Positions 10,647 to 19,971 of a stretch of 64,000 bases of DNA are shown piece by piece. The notes beneath the pieces are model-generated. The model worked only from the letters and a program-made list of their open reading frames with translations. It did no database searches and had not been told where the DNA came from. A program made the translations under genes and the position numbers. Position 1 is the first letter of the stretch; the number at the start of each line of letters is the position of its first letter. The DNA is from an uncultured Verrucomicrobia subdivision 3 bacterium (GTDB lineage Bacteria > Verrucomicrobiota > Verrucomicrobiia > Limisphaerales > DASXHY01), in NCBI GenBank assembly GCA_937890005.1, contig CALBZA010000004.1, positions 280,573-344,572 of the forward strand. The letters run 5' to 3'.

Positions 10647-13600
10647 TTCTGTTTCTTCTTCCCGTTGGCCTGCGCGTGCAATGCGACTTGAGTCCACCCG
10701 CCGCCCAGGGCCTTGATCAACCGCACCGAGGCAATCATCTGTTCGCCGCTCAAACGGGCGCTGGCCCGTTCCGCGGAAAGCGCTTCCCGGCTGGCATCGA
10801 CGACTTCGAGATAACCCACGATTCCGGCGCGATAACGTTCCTCTGCGAGTGAAGTGGCGCGACGCGCGCTTTCAACGGCGCGTTGCTGAGCCGCCGCCTG
10901 TTCCTTGAGATGTCGAATGTTCGACAAACTGTTCTCCACGTCACCGAACGCCACAAGCACCTGTTGTCGATAACGCGCAACGGCTTCTTCAAAGGCGGCC
11001 CGCGCGCGGCGATGATTCGCCCGATTCCTGCCGCCGGCAAAGATCGGCAGCGAAAGGCTCGGGCCAAGCGACCACGTTCGGCTGTCCCACTTGAACAGCG
11101 AATCGAGATCACCGCTCACAAATCCGCCCGAGCCCGTCAATGTCAGCACCGGGAAAAACGCTGCCTTGGCCACTCCGATGCGCGCGTTCGCGGCAGCGAG
11201 CTGGCGTTCCGCTTCAGCAACGTCGGGACGCCGTTCCAACAACGCGGCTGGAAGACCGGCTGGAATGACCGGCGCATTGGCCAGCCAGACATTCGTCTGT
11301 GCCTGGAGCTGAAACGTGGAGGGGTTGCTGCCGGCCAGAATGGCGATGGCATTTTCCAGTTCGTCACGTCGGCGGGCCAGCGCGGCGGCTTCCGCTTGGG
11401 CGGTGGCCAGCTCGGTTTGAGCGCGGGCAACGTCGAGTTCATTGCCGATGCCGCCTTCGAACCGGCTTTGGACGAGCTGAACCTGCTCTTCGCGAAGCGC
11501 GATGGTGGCGCGGACTGTTGCGATCTCGGCATCCAGTGAGCGCAATGCGAAGTAATTTTGCGCAAGATCGGACTGCAATGTGAGCAGCACGTTGTGGAAG
11601 TTCGCCAGCGACGCCTGGGCGTCAGCGCGTGCGCCTTCAAAGCTGCGGCGCACGCGCCCCCACAGATCGACTTCATAGCTTAAATCCAGCGGCGCGCGAA
11701 ATGTGCTCGCCGTCAGGTCGCCGAAGCTTGGATTCGCATTCGGCGAATAGCGTTCGCGCGTGAAACTCGGCGTCGCGTTCAGTGAAGGAAGGAACTCCCC
11801 ACGAGCGACGCGGGCTGTGGCGCGGGCCTGTTCCGCACGGGCAATCGCAGCTTTGAGCTGCTGATTGGCTTCCAGCGCGTGCTCCTGCAGGCGATTCAGT
11901 TCCGAATCCTGAAACACTTCCCACCAGTTGCCGCGCGGGACGTGATCCAGCGGCTCGCCTTCTTTCCATTCACCGAATTCCGCCGCTTTGTAAGCTTCAG
12001 GAACATTGTTGGTCGGCCGCTGATAATCGCGTCCGATGGTGAACAGGCCTGCGTGGCTCGACGGAACTCCGCTCAGAACGATTGCCCCGATCAACAGCGC
12101 CGTGGCGCCCGCGGAACCGAGCGACGCCGGTTTGGATTCATTCGCTTCAACCGTTTTCTTCTTCGATCCCAGCTTCATCAGCACGAGATAGAAGACAGGC
12201 GTCAGGAACAATCCGAAGATTGTCACACCGATCATTCCGGCAAACACCGCCGTCCCCATCGCCTGGCGCATCTCCGCACCGGCACCGCGCGCAATGACGA
12301 GCGGGAACACGCCGGCGATGAAGGCGATTGAAGTCATCAGAATCGGGCGCAGACGCAAACGGCTCGCTTCGACCGCCGCGTGGAACGGTGTCATGCCTTC
12401 GTCCTGTTTCTGCTTGGCGAACTCGACGATGAGAATCGCGTTTTTGCACGCCAGTCCGACCAGCACGATCAATCCGATCTGCGTGAAGATGTTGTTGTCG
12501 CTGCCCTTGATCCAGACGCCGGCGATCGCAAACAGCAGGCACATCGGCACGATCAGGATGATCGCGAGCGGCAGCCGGAAGCTTTCGTATTGCGCTGCGA
12601 GTACCAGGAACACGAGCAGGATGCACAGCGGATAAACATAGACGGCGGTGTTGCCCGCGAGAATTCGCTGGAAGGTCAGCTCGGTCCAGTCCATCGACAT
12701 GCCTTTCGGCAAGGTTTCATTCGCGATCTGCGAGATCAGCGCCTCGGCCTGGCCGGAGCTGAATCCGGGTGCCGGTCCGCCATTCACTTCTGCGGCGGGA
12801 TAACCGTTGTAACGCATCGCGCGATCGGGTCCGTGCGTTTCGCTGACCTTCACGATCGATCCGAGCGGCACCATCTGGCCTTTTTCATTCCGCGTTTTGA
12901 GCCGCGTGATGTCATCGGGCGAATCGCGAAATTCCGCGTCTGCCTGCGCGATCACCTGATACGTGCGGCCAAACCGGTTGAAGTCGTTCACGTAAAGCGA
13001 ACCCAGGTAAACCTGCATCGTTTCAAACAGATTCTGCAGCGGCACACCGAGTTGCTTGGCTTTGACGCGGTCGATGTCAGCCTCGAGCTGCGGCACGTTC
13101 ACAGTGAATGTCGAGAACACACCGGCAAGACCGGGTGTTTCGTGCGCGCGGCTGATGATCTGTTGAACGCTGTCATAGAGCGCGTCGTAACCCAGGTCGG
13201 CACGGTCTTCGACGTAGAACTTGAATCCGCCGATGGTGCCAAGTCCGTGAACTGGCGGCGGCGGCACCGCGAGAATGTAAGCGTCCTGAATGGCGCCGAA
13301 CTTCTGATTCAGTTCACGCGCTATTGCAGCGCCGCTGAGTTCCGCGCCCTTTCGTTCTTCGAAGGGTTGAAGTCCGAAGAACACGATGCCGGCGTTTGGC
13401 GCCACGCTGAATCCGCTGATGCTCAATCCCGGAAACGCGATCGCTGCGCGCACGCCCGGTTGCTTGAGTCCAACTTCCGACATGTGGCGAATCACTTCTT
13501 CGGTGCGATCGAGAGAAGCACCGTCCGGCAACTGTGCGAATGCAACGAGATATTGTTTGTCCTGCGTTGGCACGAAGCCGGTCGGCACTTTGTTGAAGCT

Positions 13601-15286
13601 CCAGCCGGTCAGCGCGACCAGTCCGACATAGATCACCAGCGCGGCGACACTCTTGCGCAGGATGGATGCAACGCCGACGGAATACTTCTCGCCGGCCCAG
13701 GCAAACGCGCGATTGAACGGACGGAAGAACCAGCCGAAGGTCAGGTCCATCGCCCGCGAAAACCAATCCTTCTTCGCGTGATGATCCTTCAGCAGCACCG
13801 CGCAGAGAGCAGGCGACAGCGTGAGGGAGTTGATCGCGGAGATCACCGTGGAGATCGCGATCGTGATCGCAAACTGCTTGTAGAACTGGCCCGTCAGACC
13901 GCTGATGAATGCCGTTGGAACAAACACCGCGCAGAGCACCAGCGCCGTGGCGATGATCGGACTGGTGACTTCACTCATCGCGCGTTTGGCGGCTTCGCGC
14001 GGGGAAAGGCCGAGCGCTATGTTGCGTTCCACATTTTCGACCACGACGATCGCGTCATCGACCACAATGCCGATCGCGAGCACGAGTCCGAAGAGCGACA
14101 GATTGTTGATCGAGAATCCGAGCGCGTGCATCACTGCGAACGTGCCCACCAATGACACCGGAACCGCGGCGAGCGGAATGATTGAGGCGCGCCAGGTTTG
14201 CAGGAACAGGATGACAACGATGACGACCAGCAACACCGCTTCGCCAAGTGTGTGGATCACGGCGCTGATGGAATGCCGAACAAAAACAGTCGGGTCATAG
14301 ACGACCGAGTAGTCGATTCCGTCCGGGAAGTTTTTCTTCAACTCCTCCATTGTCGAACGGACGTTGGCGGACAGTTCGAGGGCGTTTGCACCGGGCGACT
14401 GGAAGATCGGCAGTGCGACGGCGCGCTTGTTGTTGAGCAACGAGCGCAACGCGTAGCTGTCCGCGCTCAGTTCGACGCGGGCGACGTCTTTAAGCAGCAT
14501 CTTTTCGCCCTGCGGACCGGTCTTGACGATGATGTTTTCGAATTCCTCGACCGTGATGAGCCGGCCTTTGGCATTCACCTGGAACTCGAAGTTCACCGGT
14601 GAACTGACCGGTTGCTGTCCCACGACACCGGCGGCGACCTGGACGTTCTGTTCGCGAATGGCGGCGATGACGTCCGGCGCAGTGAGATTGCGCGCTGCGA
14701 GCTTGTCTGGATTGAGCCAGATGCGCATCGCGTAATCGCCCGAGCCGAACACGCGGACGTCGCCGGCACCGGGAATGCGGGCGAGCACATCCTTCACCTG
14801 AAGTGTCGCGTAATTGCGGATGTAAACTTCGTCGTAACGATCGTTCGGCGAGAACAGATGCACGACCATCGTGAGATCGGGCGACTGCTTGGTTGTCGTC
14901 ACCCCAAGGCGGCGCACATCTTCGGGCAGCTTCGGCAGTGCCTGCGAAACGCGGTTCTGCACCTGCACCTGCGCCTTGTCCACATCCGTGCCGAGCTTGA
15001 AGGTGATCGTGAGCGTCATCACGCCGTCAGGCGTGGACTGCGAGAACATGTAGAGCGAATCCTCGACGCCGTTGATCGCCTGTTCGAGCGGTGAGGCGAC
15101 CGTTTCAGCGATCGTCTTCGCTGTCGCACCGGGATAAGTCGCGCGCACAACGACCGTGGGCGGAACCACTTCCGGATACTCGCTGATGGGGAGCTTCCAC
15201 ATCGAGATCAACCCGACGAGGAAGATCACGATCGACAGGACCGCGGCAAAAATCGGGCGCCGGATGAAAAAATGGGAGAAGTTCAT
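10643..15286 (-). CDS. RND efflux permease (AcrB/HAE1-like) fused in frame to a NodT-type outer-membrane factor
   Basis: 1547-aa uninterrupted ORF. Residues 1 to ~1035 form a full RND pump (MNFSHFFIRRPIFA..., 12-TM layout, two large periplasmic loops). Residues ~1080-1547 form a full outer-membrane efflux protein (NWWEVFQD..L..L, two OEP repeats). The junction lies at nt 12047-12178. Confidence 0.85.
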   Translation of the reverse strand: MNFSHFFIRRPIFAAVLSIVIFLVGLISMWKLPISEYPEVVPPTVVVRATYPGATAKTIAETVASPLEQAINGVEDSLYMFSQSTPDGVMTLTITFKLGTDVDKAQVQVQNRVSQALPKLPEDVRRLGVTTTKQSPDLTMVVHLFSPNDRYDEVYIRNYATLQVKDVLARIPGAGDVRVFGSGDYAMRIWLNPDKLAARNLTAPDVIAAIREQNVQVAAGVVGQQPVSSPVNFEFQVNAKGRLITVEEFENIIVKTGPQGEKMLLKDVARVELSADSYALRSLLNNKRAVALPIFQSPGANALELSANVRSTMEELKKNFPDGIDYSVVYDPTVFVRHSISAVIHTLGEAVLLVVIVVILFLQTWRASIIPLAAVPVSLVGTFAVMHALGFSINNLSLFGLVLAIGIVVDDAIVVVENVERNIALGLSPREAAKRAMSEVTSPIIATALVLCAVFVPTAFISGLTGQFYKQFAITIAISTVISAINSLTLSPALCAVLLKDHHAKKDWFSRAMDLTFGWFFRPFNRAFAWAGEKYSVGVASILRKSVAALVIYVGLVALTGWSFNKVPTGFVPTQDKQYLVAFAQLPDGASLDRTEEVIRHMSEVGLKQPGVRAAIAFPGLSISGFSVAPNAGIVFFGLQPFEERKGAELSGAAIARELNQKFGAIQDAYILAVPPPPVHGLGTIGGFKFYVEDRADLGYDALYDSVQQIISRAHETPGLAGVFSTFTVNVPQLEADIDRVKAKQLGVPLQNLFETMQVYLGSLYVNDFNRFGRTYQVIAQADAEFRDSPDDITRLKTRNEKGQMVPLGSIVKVSETHGPDRAMRYNGYPAAEVNGGPAPGFSSGQAEALISQIANETLPKGMSMDWTELTFQRILAGNTAVYVYPLCILLVFLVLAAQYESFRLPLAIILIVPMCLLFAIAGVWIKGSDNNIFTQIGLIVLVGLACKNAILIVEFAKQKQDEGMTPFHAAVEASRLRLRPILMTSIAFIAGVFPLVIARGAGAEMRQAMGTAVFAGMIGVTIFGLFLTPVFYLVLMKLGSKKKTVEANESKPASLGSAGATALLIGAIVLSGVPSSHAGLFTIGRDYQRPTNNVPEAYKAAEFGEWKEGEPLDHVPRGNWWEVFQDSELNRLQEHALEANQQLKAAIARAEQARATARVARGEFLPSLNATPSFTRERYSPNANPSFGDLTASTFRAPLDLSYEVDLWGRVRRSFEGARADAQASLANFHNVLLTLQSDLAQNYFALRSLDAEIATVRATIALREEQVQLVQSRFEGGIGNELDVARAQTELATAQAEAAALARRRDELENAIAILAGSNPSTFQLQAQTNVWLANAPVIPAGLPAALLERRPDVAEAERQLAAANARIGVAKAAFFPVLTLTGSGGFVSGDLDSLFKWDSRTWSLGPSLSLPIFAGGRNRANHRRARAAFEEAVARYRQQVLVAFGDVENSLSNIRHLKEQAAAQQRAVESARRATSLAEERYRAGIVGYLEVVDASREALSAERASARLSGEQMIASVRLIKALGGGWTQVALHAQANGKKKQK

Positions 15287-15349
15287 GTTGTGAGAATGGA
15301 TCGGGAACGGGAGTGGCCGGACCCGGTTGGGTTTCTCTTTTGTTCTCTC

Positions 15350-16531
15350 TTAACGCCGGGCAAATCTGGCACCACGGTTGTCCACTTCCGCCACGTTCTC
15401 CTGCGGCGTCACGGACATGCCCGAGCGGACACGTTGCAACCCGTTCACCACAATCTTCTCGTCGCCACGAAGTCCCGAGCGGACGACCCGTTTTCCGTCG
15501 ATGACCGGTCCGAGTTTCACGGCCTGGTAGGCGACAGTGTTTGTTTCGGTGAGTGTCAGGACATATTGCTGCGACTGGTCTGTGCCCACAGCGCGTTCGC
15601 TGATCAACAACGCCGGCTGGCGGGCGCTGACAGGAATGCGAACCCGCGCGAAAAGTCCGGGCACGATGCGTCCGGACGAGTTCGGGAACACCGCGCGCAT
15701 CAGGATGCTGCCAGTGTTCGCATCGAGCCGGTTGTCGAACGATTCGATATAGCCGCGATGCGGAAAGTCGGTTTCATCCGCCAGCTGAAGCTCGGTTGGA
15801 ACGCGCCCTTCGCTGTCCGCTTCAATCTGTTTTTCTGCAACGAGCCGGTTGAAGCGCAGCAGCGTTTCTTCATCGACGTCTGCATACACATAAACCGGAT
15901 CGATCGAAACGATTGTGGTTAGAAGCGTGGTATTGCCTGCAACGCCGCTGACATAATTGCCTTCCGTGAGCAGAGCTCGGCTGACGCGGCCATCGATGGG
16001 GGCTCGCACCTGCGTGTATTCGAGGTCGAGCTTCTCGAAATCGCGCGCCGCTTCTGCAGCGAGCAACGCGGCTTTCGCTTCCTCGTATCGGGCCAGGCGC
16101 GCATCGGCTTCCTCGGCGGAAATTGCCTTGCTGGCGAGCAGCTTTGCGGTGCGGTCGGCTTCGCGCTTTGCATTTTCCATCTGAACGCGCGCGCGGGCGA
16201 CATCGGCCTGGAGGCGGTCGAATTCCGCCTGATGCCAGCGCGGATCGATTACGAAAAGCACGTCGCCTTTCTTCACCAGCTGTCCGGACTGGAACTTCAC
16301 CTCCTGGATGTATCCGGAAACGCGTGGACGAACTTCGACCGACTGGATCGCTTCAGTGCGACCGGTGAATTCGCTCCATTCGATAATTTCCTTCCTCTCA
16401 ACCGGTGCGACTGTGACGGCCGGGGGCGGCGGCGGAGTCTGGGTCGCGCTCGATTTGGAGCAGCCGTTGACAAGGACCGTCAACGCGCTGCCGGCGAGAA
16501 GCAAGAGCAAGGGATAGGCTCTGAAATTCAT
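15350..16531 (-). CDS. efflux RND transporter periplasmic adaptor subunit (membrane fusion protein), lipoprotein
   Basis: 393-aa ORF with signal peptide and lipobox LVNGC. Has the biotinyl-lipoyl/hairpin/beta-barrel pattern typical of AcrA-family adaptors. Confidence 0.9.
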   Translation of the reverse strand: MNFRAYPLLLLLAGSALTVLVNGCSKSSATQTPPPPPAVTVAPVERKEIIEWSEFTGRTEAIQSVEVRPRVSGYIQEVKFQSGQLVKKGDVLFVIDPRWHQAEFDRLQADVARARVQMENAKREADRTAKLLASKAISAEEADARLARYEEAKAALLAAEAARDFEKLDLEYTQVRAPIDGRVSRALLTEGNYVSGVAGNTTLLTTIVSIDPVYVYADVDEETLLRFNRLVAEKQIEADSEGRVPTELQLADETDFPHRGYIESFDNRLDANTGSILMRAVFPNSSGRIVPGLFARVRIPVSARQPALLISERAVGTDQSQQYVLTLTETNTVAYQAVKLGPVIDGKRVVRSGLRGDEKIVVNGLQRVRSGMSVTPQENVAEVDNRGARFARR

Positions 16532-16591
16532 ATGAGTTTGGTTGGGTTTTAAATTTGGATTTGGATTTGGGTTTGTGTGGCCGGGAGCTGG

Positions 16592-16906
16592 TTATTCCGC
16601 GAACCACGTTTGCGGTTCGCGCCGGACACGGCGTTGACGCGTGTTCCATGCGGCAACCGCCTGGATTTTCTCCTGCGCAAGCGTTGGGAAGAACAGATGC
16701 GGATAATCGGTCTGCCATGCCAACGCTTCAGCCTCGTTGATCGCAAGGCGAGCGAGTCGATCGTTCACGTGCAACGTCTCGCGAACTTCATTGAGGATGC
16801 TGTTGCGAACCGCATTGAGCTGGTTCATCAGCTTCTGGCCACAGTCCACACAGCGGTCGGCAAGTCGGTTGAAAGCGGTTCCTTTCGTTCTATCAGTCGT
16901 GTTCAT
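16592..16906 (-). CDS. hypothetical small protein, first gene of the efflux operon
   Basis: 104-aa ORF with ATG start and a purine-rich stretch (aagaaaggg) upstream. The sequence is not low-complexity (…LAINEAEALAWQTDYPHLFFPTLAQEK…). No family recognised. Confidence 0.5.
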   Translation of the reverse strand: MNTTDRTKGTAFNRLADRCVDCGQKLMNQLNAVRNSILNEVRETLHVNDRLARLAINEAEALAWQTDYPHLFFPTLAQEKIQAVAAWNTRQRRVRREPQTWFAE

Positions 16907-16927
16907 CTGCTTACCCTTTCTTAGTAG

Positions 16928-16943
16928 TTGTCTATTTAGTCAA
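16928..16943. promoter_or_regulatory. candidate TetR operator O2 (TTGTCT-N4-AGTCAA) upstream of the efflux operon
   Basis: ttgtctatttagtcaa sits in an AT-rich spacer between the TetR stop (16963) and the start of the small ORF (16906). Its reverse complement matches the palindrome at 17650-17665 in 14 of 16 positions. Confidence 0.55.
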
Positions 16944-16962
16944 ATTTACTGGCAAAAAAATT

Positions 16963-17589
16963 TCAAATCAGAGCCGCGGCGAGGGCTGGCTCTTCGGTTT
17001 TTACGCCGAGCAGTTCATAGGTTCCATGAACTGCATCCTGCAGAATCTCCAGGCTGTTGCGAATTCGCGCCTCGGCCTGCAGACCCTGGTAATACGCATA
17101 AAGCATTCGTGCCTTCGCAACTGGATCGGGCGCATTGATCAAGCCTGCTGCATGCGCATCGCGAATCGCCGATTCCAGATACTTCCGCTTTTCCTCGAGA
17201 ATGCTCTGAATCTTGTCCCGCAAGACGGTTTCCTGCGTGCAAATTTCCGAGCCCAGCGTGTAGAGCGGGCAACCCAGCACACGACCGCATTTATTGCGGA
17301 TTTCCGTCTGAAACTTCAGCCCGTAATCCATATAGCGGCGGAGCCGTTCCAGCGGCGGGACCGTGGGTGAAAAGATCGTGTCCAGCTCGGTTTTCTTCCG
17401 CTGCCAGTTCGCATCCAGCGCGGTGACCGCGAGATCGGCCTTCGAATCGAAGAAGTAATAGAAACTCCCCTTCTTCACGCTGGCCTTTTCACAGATCTGA
17501 TCGATGGTCGTGCTGCCGTAGGACCCGCTCCAGATCAACTCCAGAACGGCATCCATCAACTGACATTTGGCATTACTGCAACGACCCAT
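16963..17589 (-). CDS. TetR/AcrR family transcriptional regulator
   Basis: 208-aa ORF. N-terminal HTH (TTIDQICEKASVKKGSFYYFFDSKADL) followed by a helical ligand-binding domain. It sits directly upstream of the efflux genes. Confidence 0.9.
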   Translation of the reverse strand: MGRCSNAKCQLMDAVLELIWSGSYGSTTIDQICEKASVKKGSFYYFFDSKADLAVTALDANWQRKKTELDTIFSPTVPPLERLRRYMDYGLKFQTEIRNKCGRVLGCPLYTLGSEICTQETVLRDKIQSILEEKRKYLESAIRDAHAAGLINAPDPVAKARMLYAYYQGLQAEARIRNSLEILQDAVHGTYELLGVKTEEPALAAALI

Positions 17590-17649
17590 AACAACTTCTC
17601 AAACTTTCCGCCGAACGTTTATCGCGGCGACAGAAGCACTCTAGGCTTC

Positions 17650-17665
17650 TTGACTAAACAGTCAA
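17650..17665. promoter_or_regulatory. candidate TetR operator O1, perfect palindrome TTGACT-N4-AGTCAA
   Basis: ttgactaaacagtcaa has perfect 6-bp inverted half-sites. It lies 61-76 nt upstream of the TetR start codon in an AT-rich region. Confidence 0.6.
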
Positions 17666-17949
17666 CAAAGATTTTAGGAATTTTTTCCTGAGTCGAGGAG
17701 ACGAGAGAACCCACGCGAAGGTCGCGAAGGCGAAAGTGAAAGGTGATTTTGCGTGGCCAGCAACTGCTCAACGTCATGTTTGTTCGAACGATCAGCGGCA
17801 AGGAGGTTTCAAATTTATCGTCTCCACTCATGCGCTGAACGAATGCGGATTGGTGACGCCGCACATTGTCGCATTTGTGCGGAACACACCTACTGCCTTC
17901 ACGCCGCTCAACTGGAGAAAGTTGGTGAAGTCAATTTCAACAACTGTGT

Positions 17950-19230
17950 ATGAAGACGAAGTTAGGAACGATTCAGACAATGGCGCTGCCGAAACTGGAC
18001 GGCACTTTCAGGATGCGTTACGCCACGACCGCTCACGCCGCCCGCGCTGTAAGCCCTGTGCCGAATCGCGGCACCGATCTCAGTTCGCTGCTGCCGAAGT
18101 CTTCTTCCCGACGGCACGCCGCTGTCTCAAGCCGCAAACGTCTGAAGATTGTCATCATTGGACTTTCCATCACGTCTTCGTGGGGCAATCGACACGCCGC
18201 CACGTATCGCGGACTTGTGCGCGAGCTCACATCGCGCGGCCATGATGTTTTATTTCTCGAACGTGATGCGGAGTTGTTCGCTTCGAATCGCGATCTGCCG
18301 AATCCACCTTATGGGCGAACCGAACTTTACACGGATTTCGCCGATCTGAAGGACCGGTTTGCAAGCGAAGTGCAGCACGCGGATTTTGTGATGGTTGGAT
18401 CTTATGTTCACGACGGCATCAGCGTCGGCGAATGGGTCTGTCAAATCGCTCAGGGCGTCACGGCTTTTTATGACATCGATACGCCCATCACGATGGCGAA
18501 GTTGATGCGTGGAGACGTTGATTACCTGTCTGCCGATCTGATTGCGCGATACAACCTTTGTCTGTCCTTCACTGGCGGCCCCATTCTCGATCACATCGAA
18601 CGTCATTATCATTCGCCAATGGCGCGGCCGCTCTATTGTTCCGTGGATGCGATGCTTTATTATCCCGAGGAACGCGAGCTGAAGTGGGATCTCGGCTACA
18701 TGGGCACCTACGGTGACGATCGTCAACCGATGCTGGAATCGCTGTTGTTGGAACCGGCGCGCCAATGGAGTCGGGGGCGCTTCGTGGTGGCTGGACCGCA
18801 ATATCCCCGTTCGATTCGCTGGCCGAAGAATGTGAAACGGTTCACGCATCTGTCGCCCGCCAAGCATCGGGCCTTCTACAACTCGCAAAAATTCACGCTC
18901 AACATCACTCGCGCCAGCATGGTTGCGACGGGATTTTCGCCGAGCGTGAGATTGTTCGAAGCCGCGGCGTGCGCGACGCCGATCATCAGCGACTGGTGGG
19001 AAGGGCTGGACAACTTCTTCGAACCGGGAAAAGAGATTCTGGTCGCGCGTTCCGGTGAGGAGACATTGGATTATCTGCGGAAGATTCCCGAGATCGAACG
19101 ACGGCGAATCGGCTATCGCGCGCGCGAAGCGGTTCTGGCCCGGCACACTTCACGGCAGCGTGCGCAGGAACTGGAGGCGTATGTTTTCGAGGTGATGAAG
19201 CCGACTGGGGTCCGAACCGTGATGTCGTAG
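17950..19230 (+). CDS. CgeB-family / GT1-like glycosyltransferase-related protein (start uncertain)
   Basis: 426-aa ORF. The conserved core starts at LKIVIIGLSITSSWGNRHAATYRGLVRELTSRGHDVLFLE, the pattern of CgeB-family proteins. The preceding ~65 aa may be 5' extension rather than protein. Confidence 0.7.
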   Translation: MKTKLGTIQTMALPKLDGTFRMRYATTAHAARAVSPVPNRGTDLSSLLPKSSSRRHAAVSSRKRLKIVIIGLSITSSWGNRHAATYRGLVRELTSRGHDVLFLERDAELFASNRDLPNPPYGRTELYTDFADLKDRFASEVQHADFVMVGSYVHDGISVGEWVCQIAQGVTAFYDIDTPITMAKLMRGDVDYLSADLIARYNLCLSFTGGPILDHIERHYHSPMARPLYCSVDAMLYYPEERELKWDLGYMGTYGDDRQPMLESLLLEPARQWSRGRFVVAGPQYPRSIRWPKNVKRFTHLSPAKHRAFYNSQKFTLNITRASMVATGFSPSVRLFEAAACATPIISDWWEGLDNFFEPGKEILVARSGEETLDYLRKIPEIERRRIGYRAREAVLARHTSRQRAQELEAYVFEVMKPTGVRTVMS

Positions 19231-19254
19231 GAGCCCAGTCCGTTCCGATTACGA

Positions 19255-19971
19255 CTATTGCCGGCCCAGAGCAACCACCGCGTCGCGCAACTGTGTGCAA
19301 ATCTGTCCAAGCCCGTCACGATCAGCCGTGATCGATTCAAAATTCATCGGCTTGCCGATTCGCAATCGGATTTTCGCCGGCTTGGGAATGGCGCTGCCTT
19401 TTGGCCACGCTGCGTAAGCTCCATTCAAATGACACGGCACGACCGGAATTGTGGTGCCGGCGACGAGATGTCCGATGCCTGGCTTGAAGGTGCCGATCTC
19501 GCCCGTCGCGGTTCGCGTGCCTTCGGGAAAAAGAATCAGAATGTTGCCGGGATTCGCGAGCAGATGACGGCAGAGTCCGAGGCTTTGACGAATGTGCGCC
19601 TGTCGTCCAAACGGCAGCGCATTCACGACCACCGCCGCGATCGCGAGGCGCGGGATGTTCACGAAGAAATAATCCTGCGCGGCTGCCGGAAAGGCGCGGT
19701 GCAGTTTTCGCAGCGGGAGCGCGGACAGCAGACAAAGCGTGTCGAGATGGCTGCTGTGGTTCGCGACAAGAACGAACGATCCCTCTGCCGGCAGATTTTC
19801 GGCGCCAATGATTTCGAGGCGATGATAAATCCGCAGCCACGAGCGGATCACGAGCGCTGCGAAGGATCGCGCGGCGTAAACGGTGAGATCGGGTTCGCGC
19901 GGAAACGAACGCAGACGGTCCGCGAGCGATTTGTCGAGATCGGCAACCGGTTCGTATTTCCAGCTGTTCAT
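19255..19971 (-). CDS. plsC: 1-acyl-sn-glycerol-3-phosphate acyltransferase (lysophospholipid acyltransferase)
   Basis: 238 aa from the ATG at 19971 (MNSWKY...). HX4D motif NHSSHLD and FPEGTR motif. The start overlaps the cdsA stop (TAATG). The upstream 224 aa of the tracked ORF is Arg-rich and overlaps cdsA. Confidence 0.9.
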   Translation of the reverse strand: MNSWKYEPVADLDKSLADRLRSFPREPDLTVYAARSFAALVIRSWLRIYHRLEIIGAENLPAEGSFVLVANHSSHLDTLCLLSALPLRKLHRAFPAAAQDYFFVNIPRLAIAAVVVNALPFGRQAHIRQSLGLCRHLLANPGNILILFPEGTRTATGEIGTFKPGIGHLVAGTTIPVVPCHLNGAYAAWPKGSAIPKPAKIRLRIGKPMNFESITADRDGLGQICTQLRDAVVALGRQ

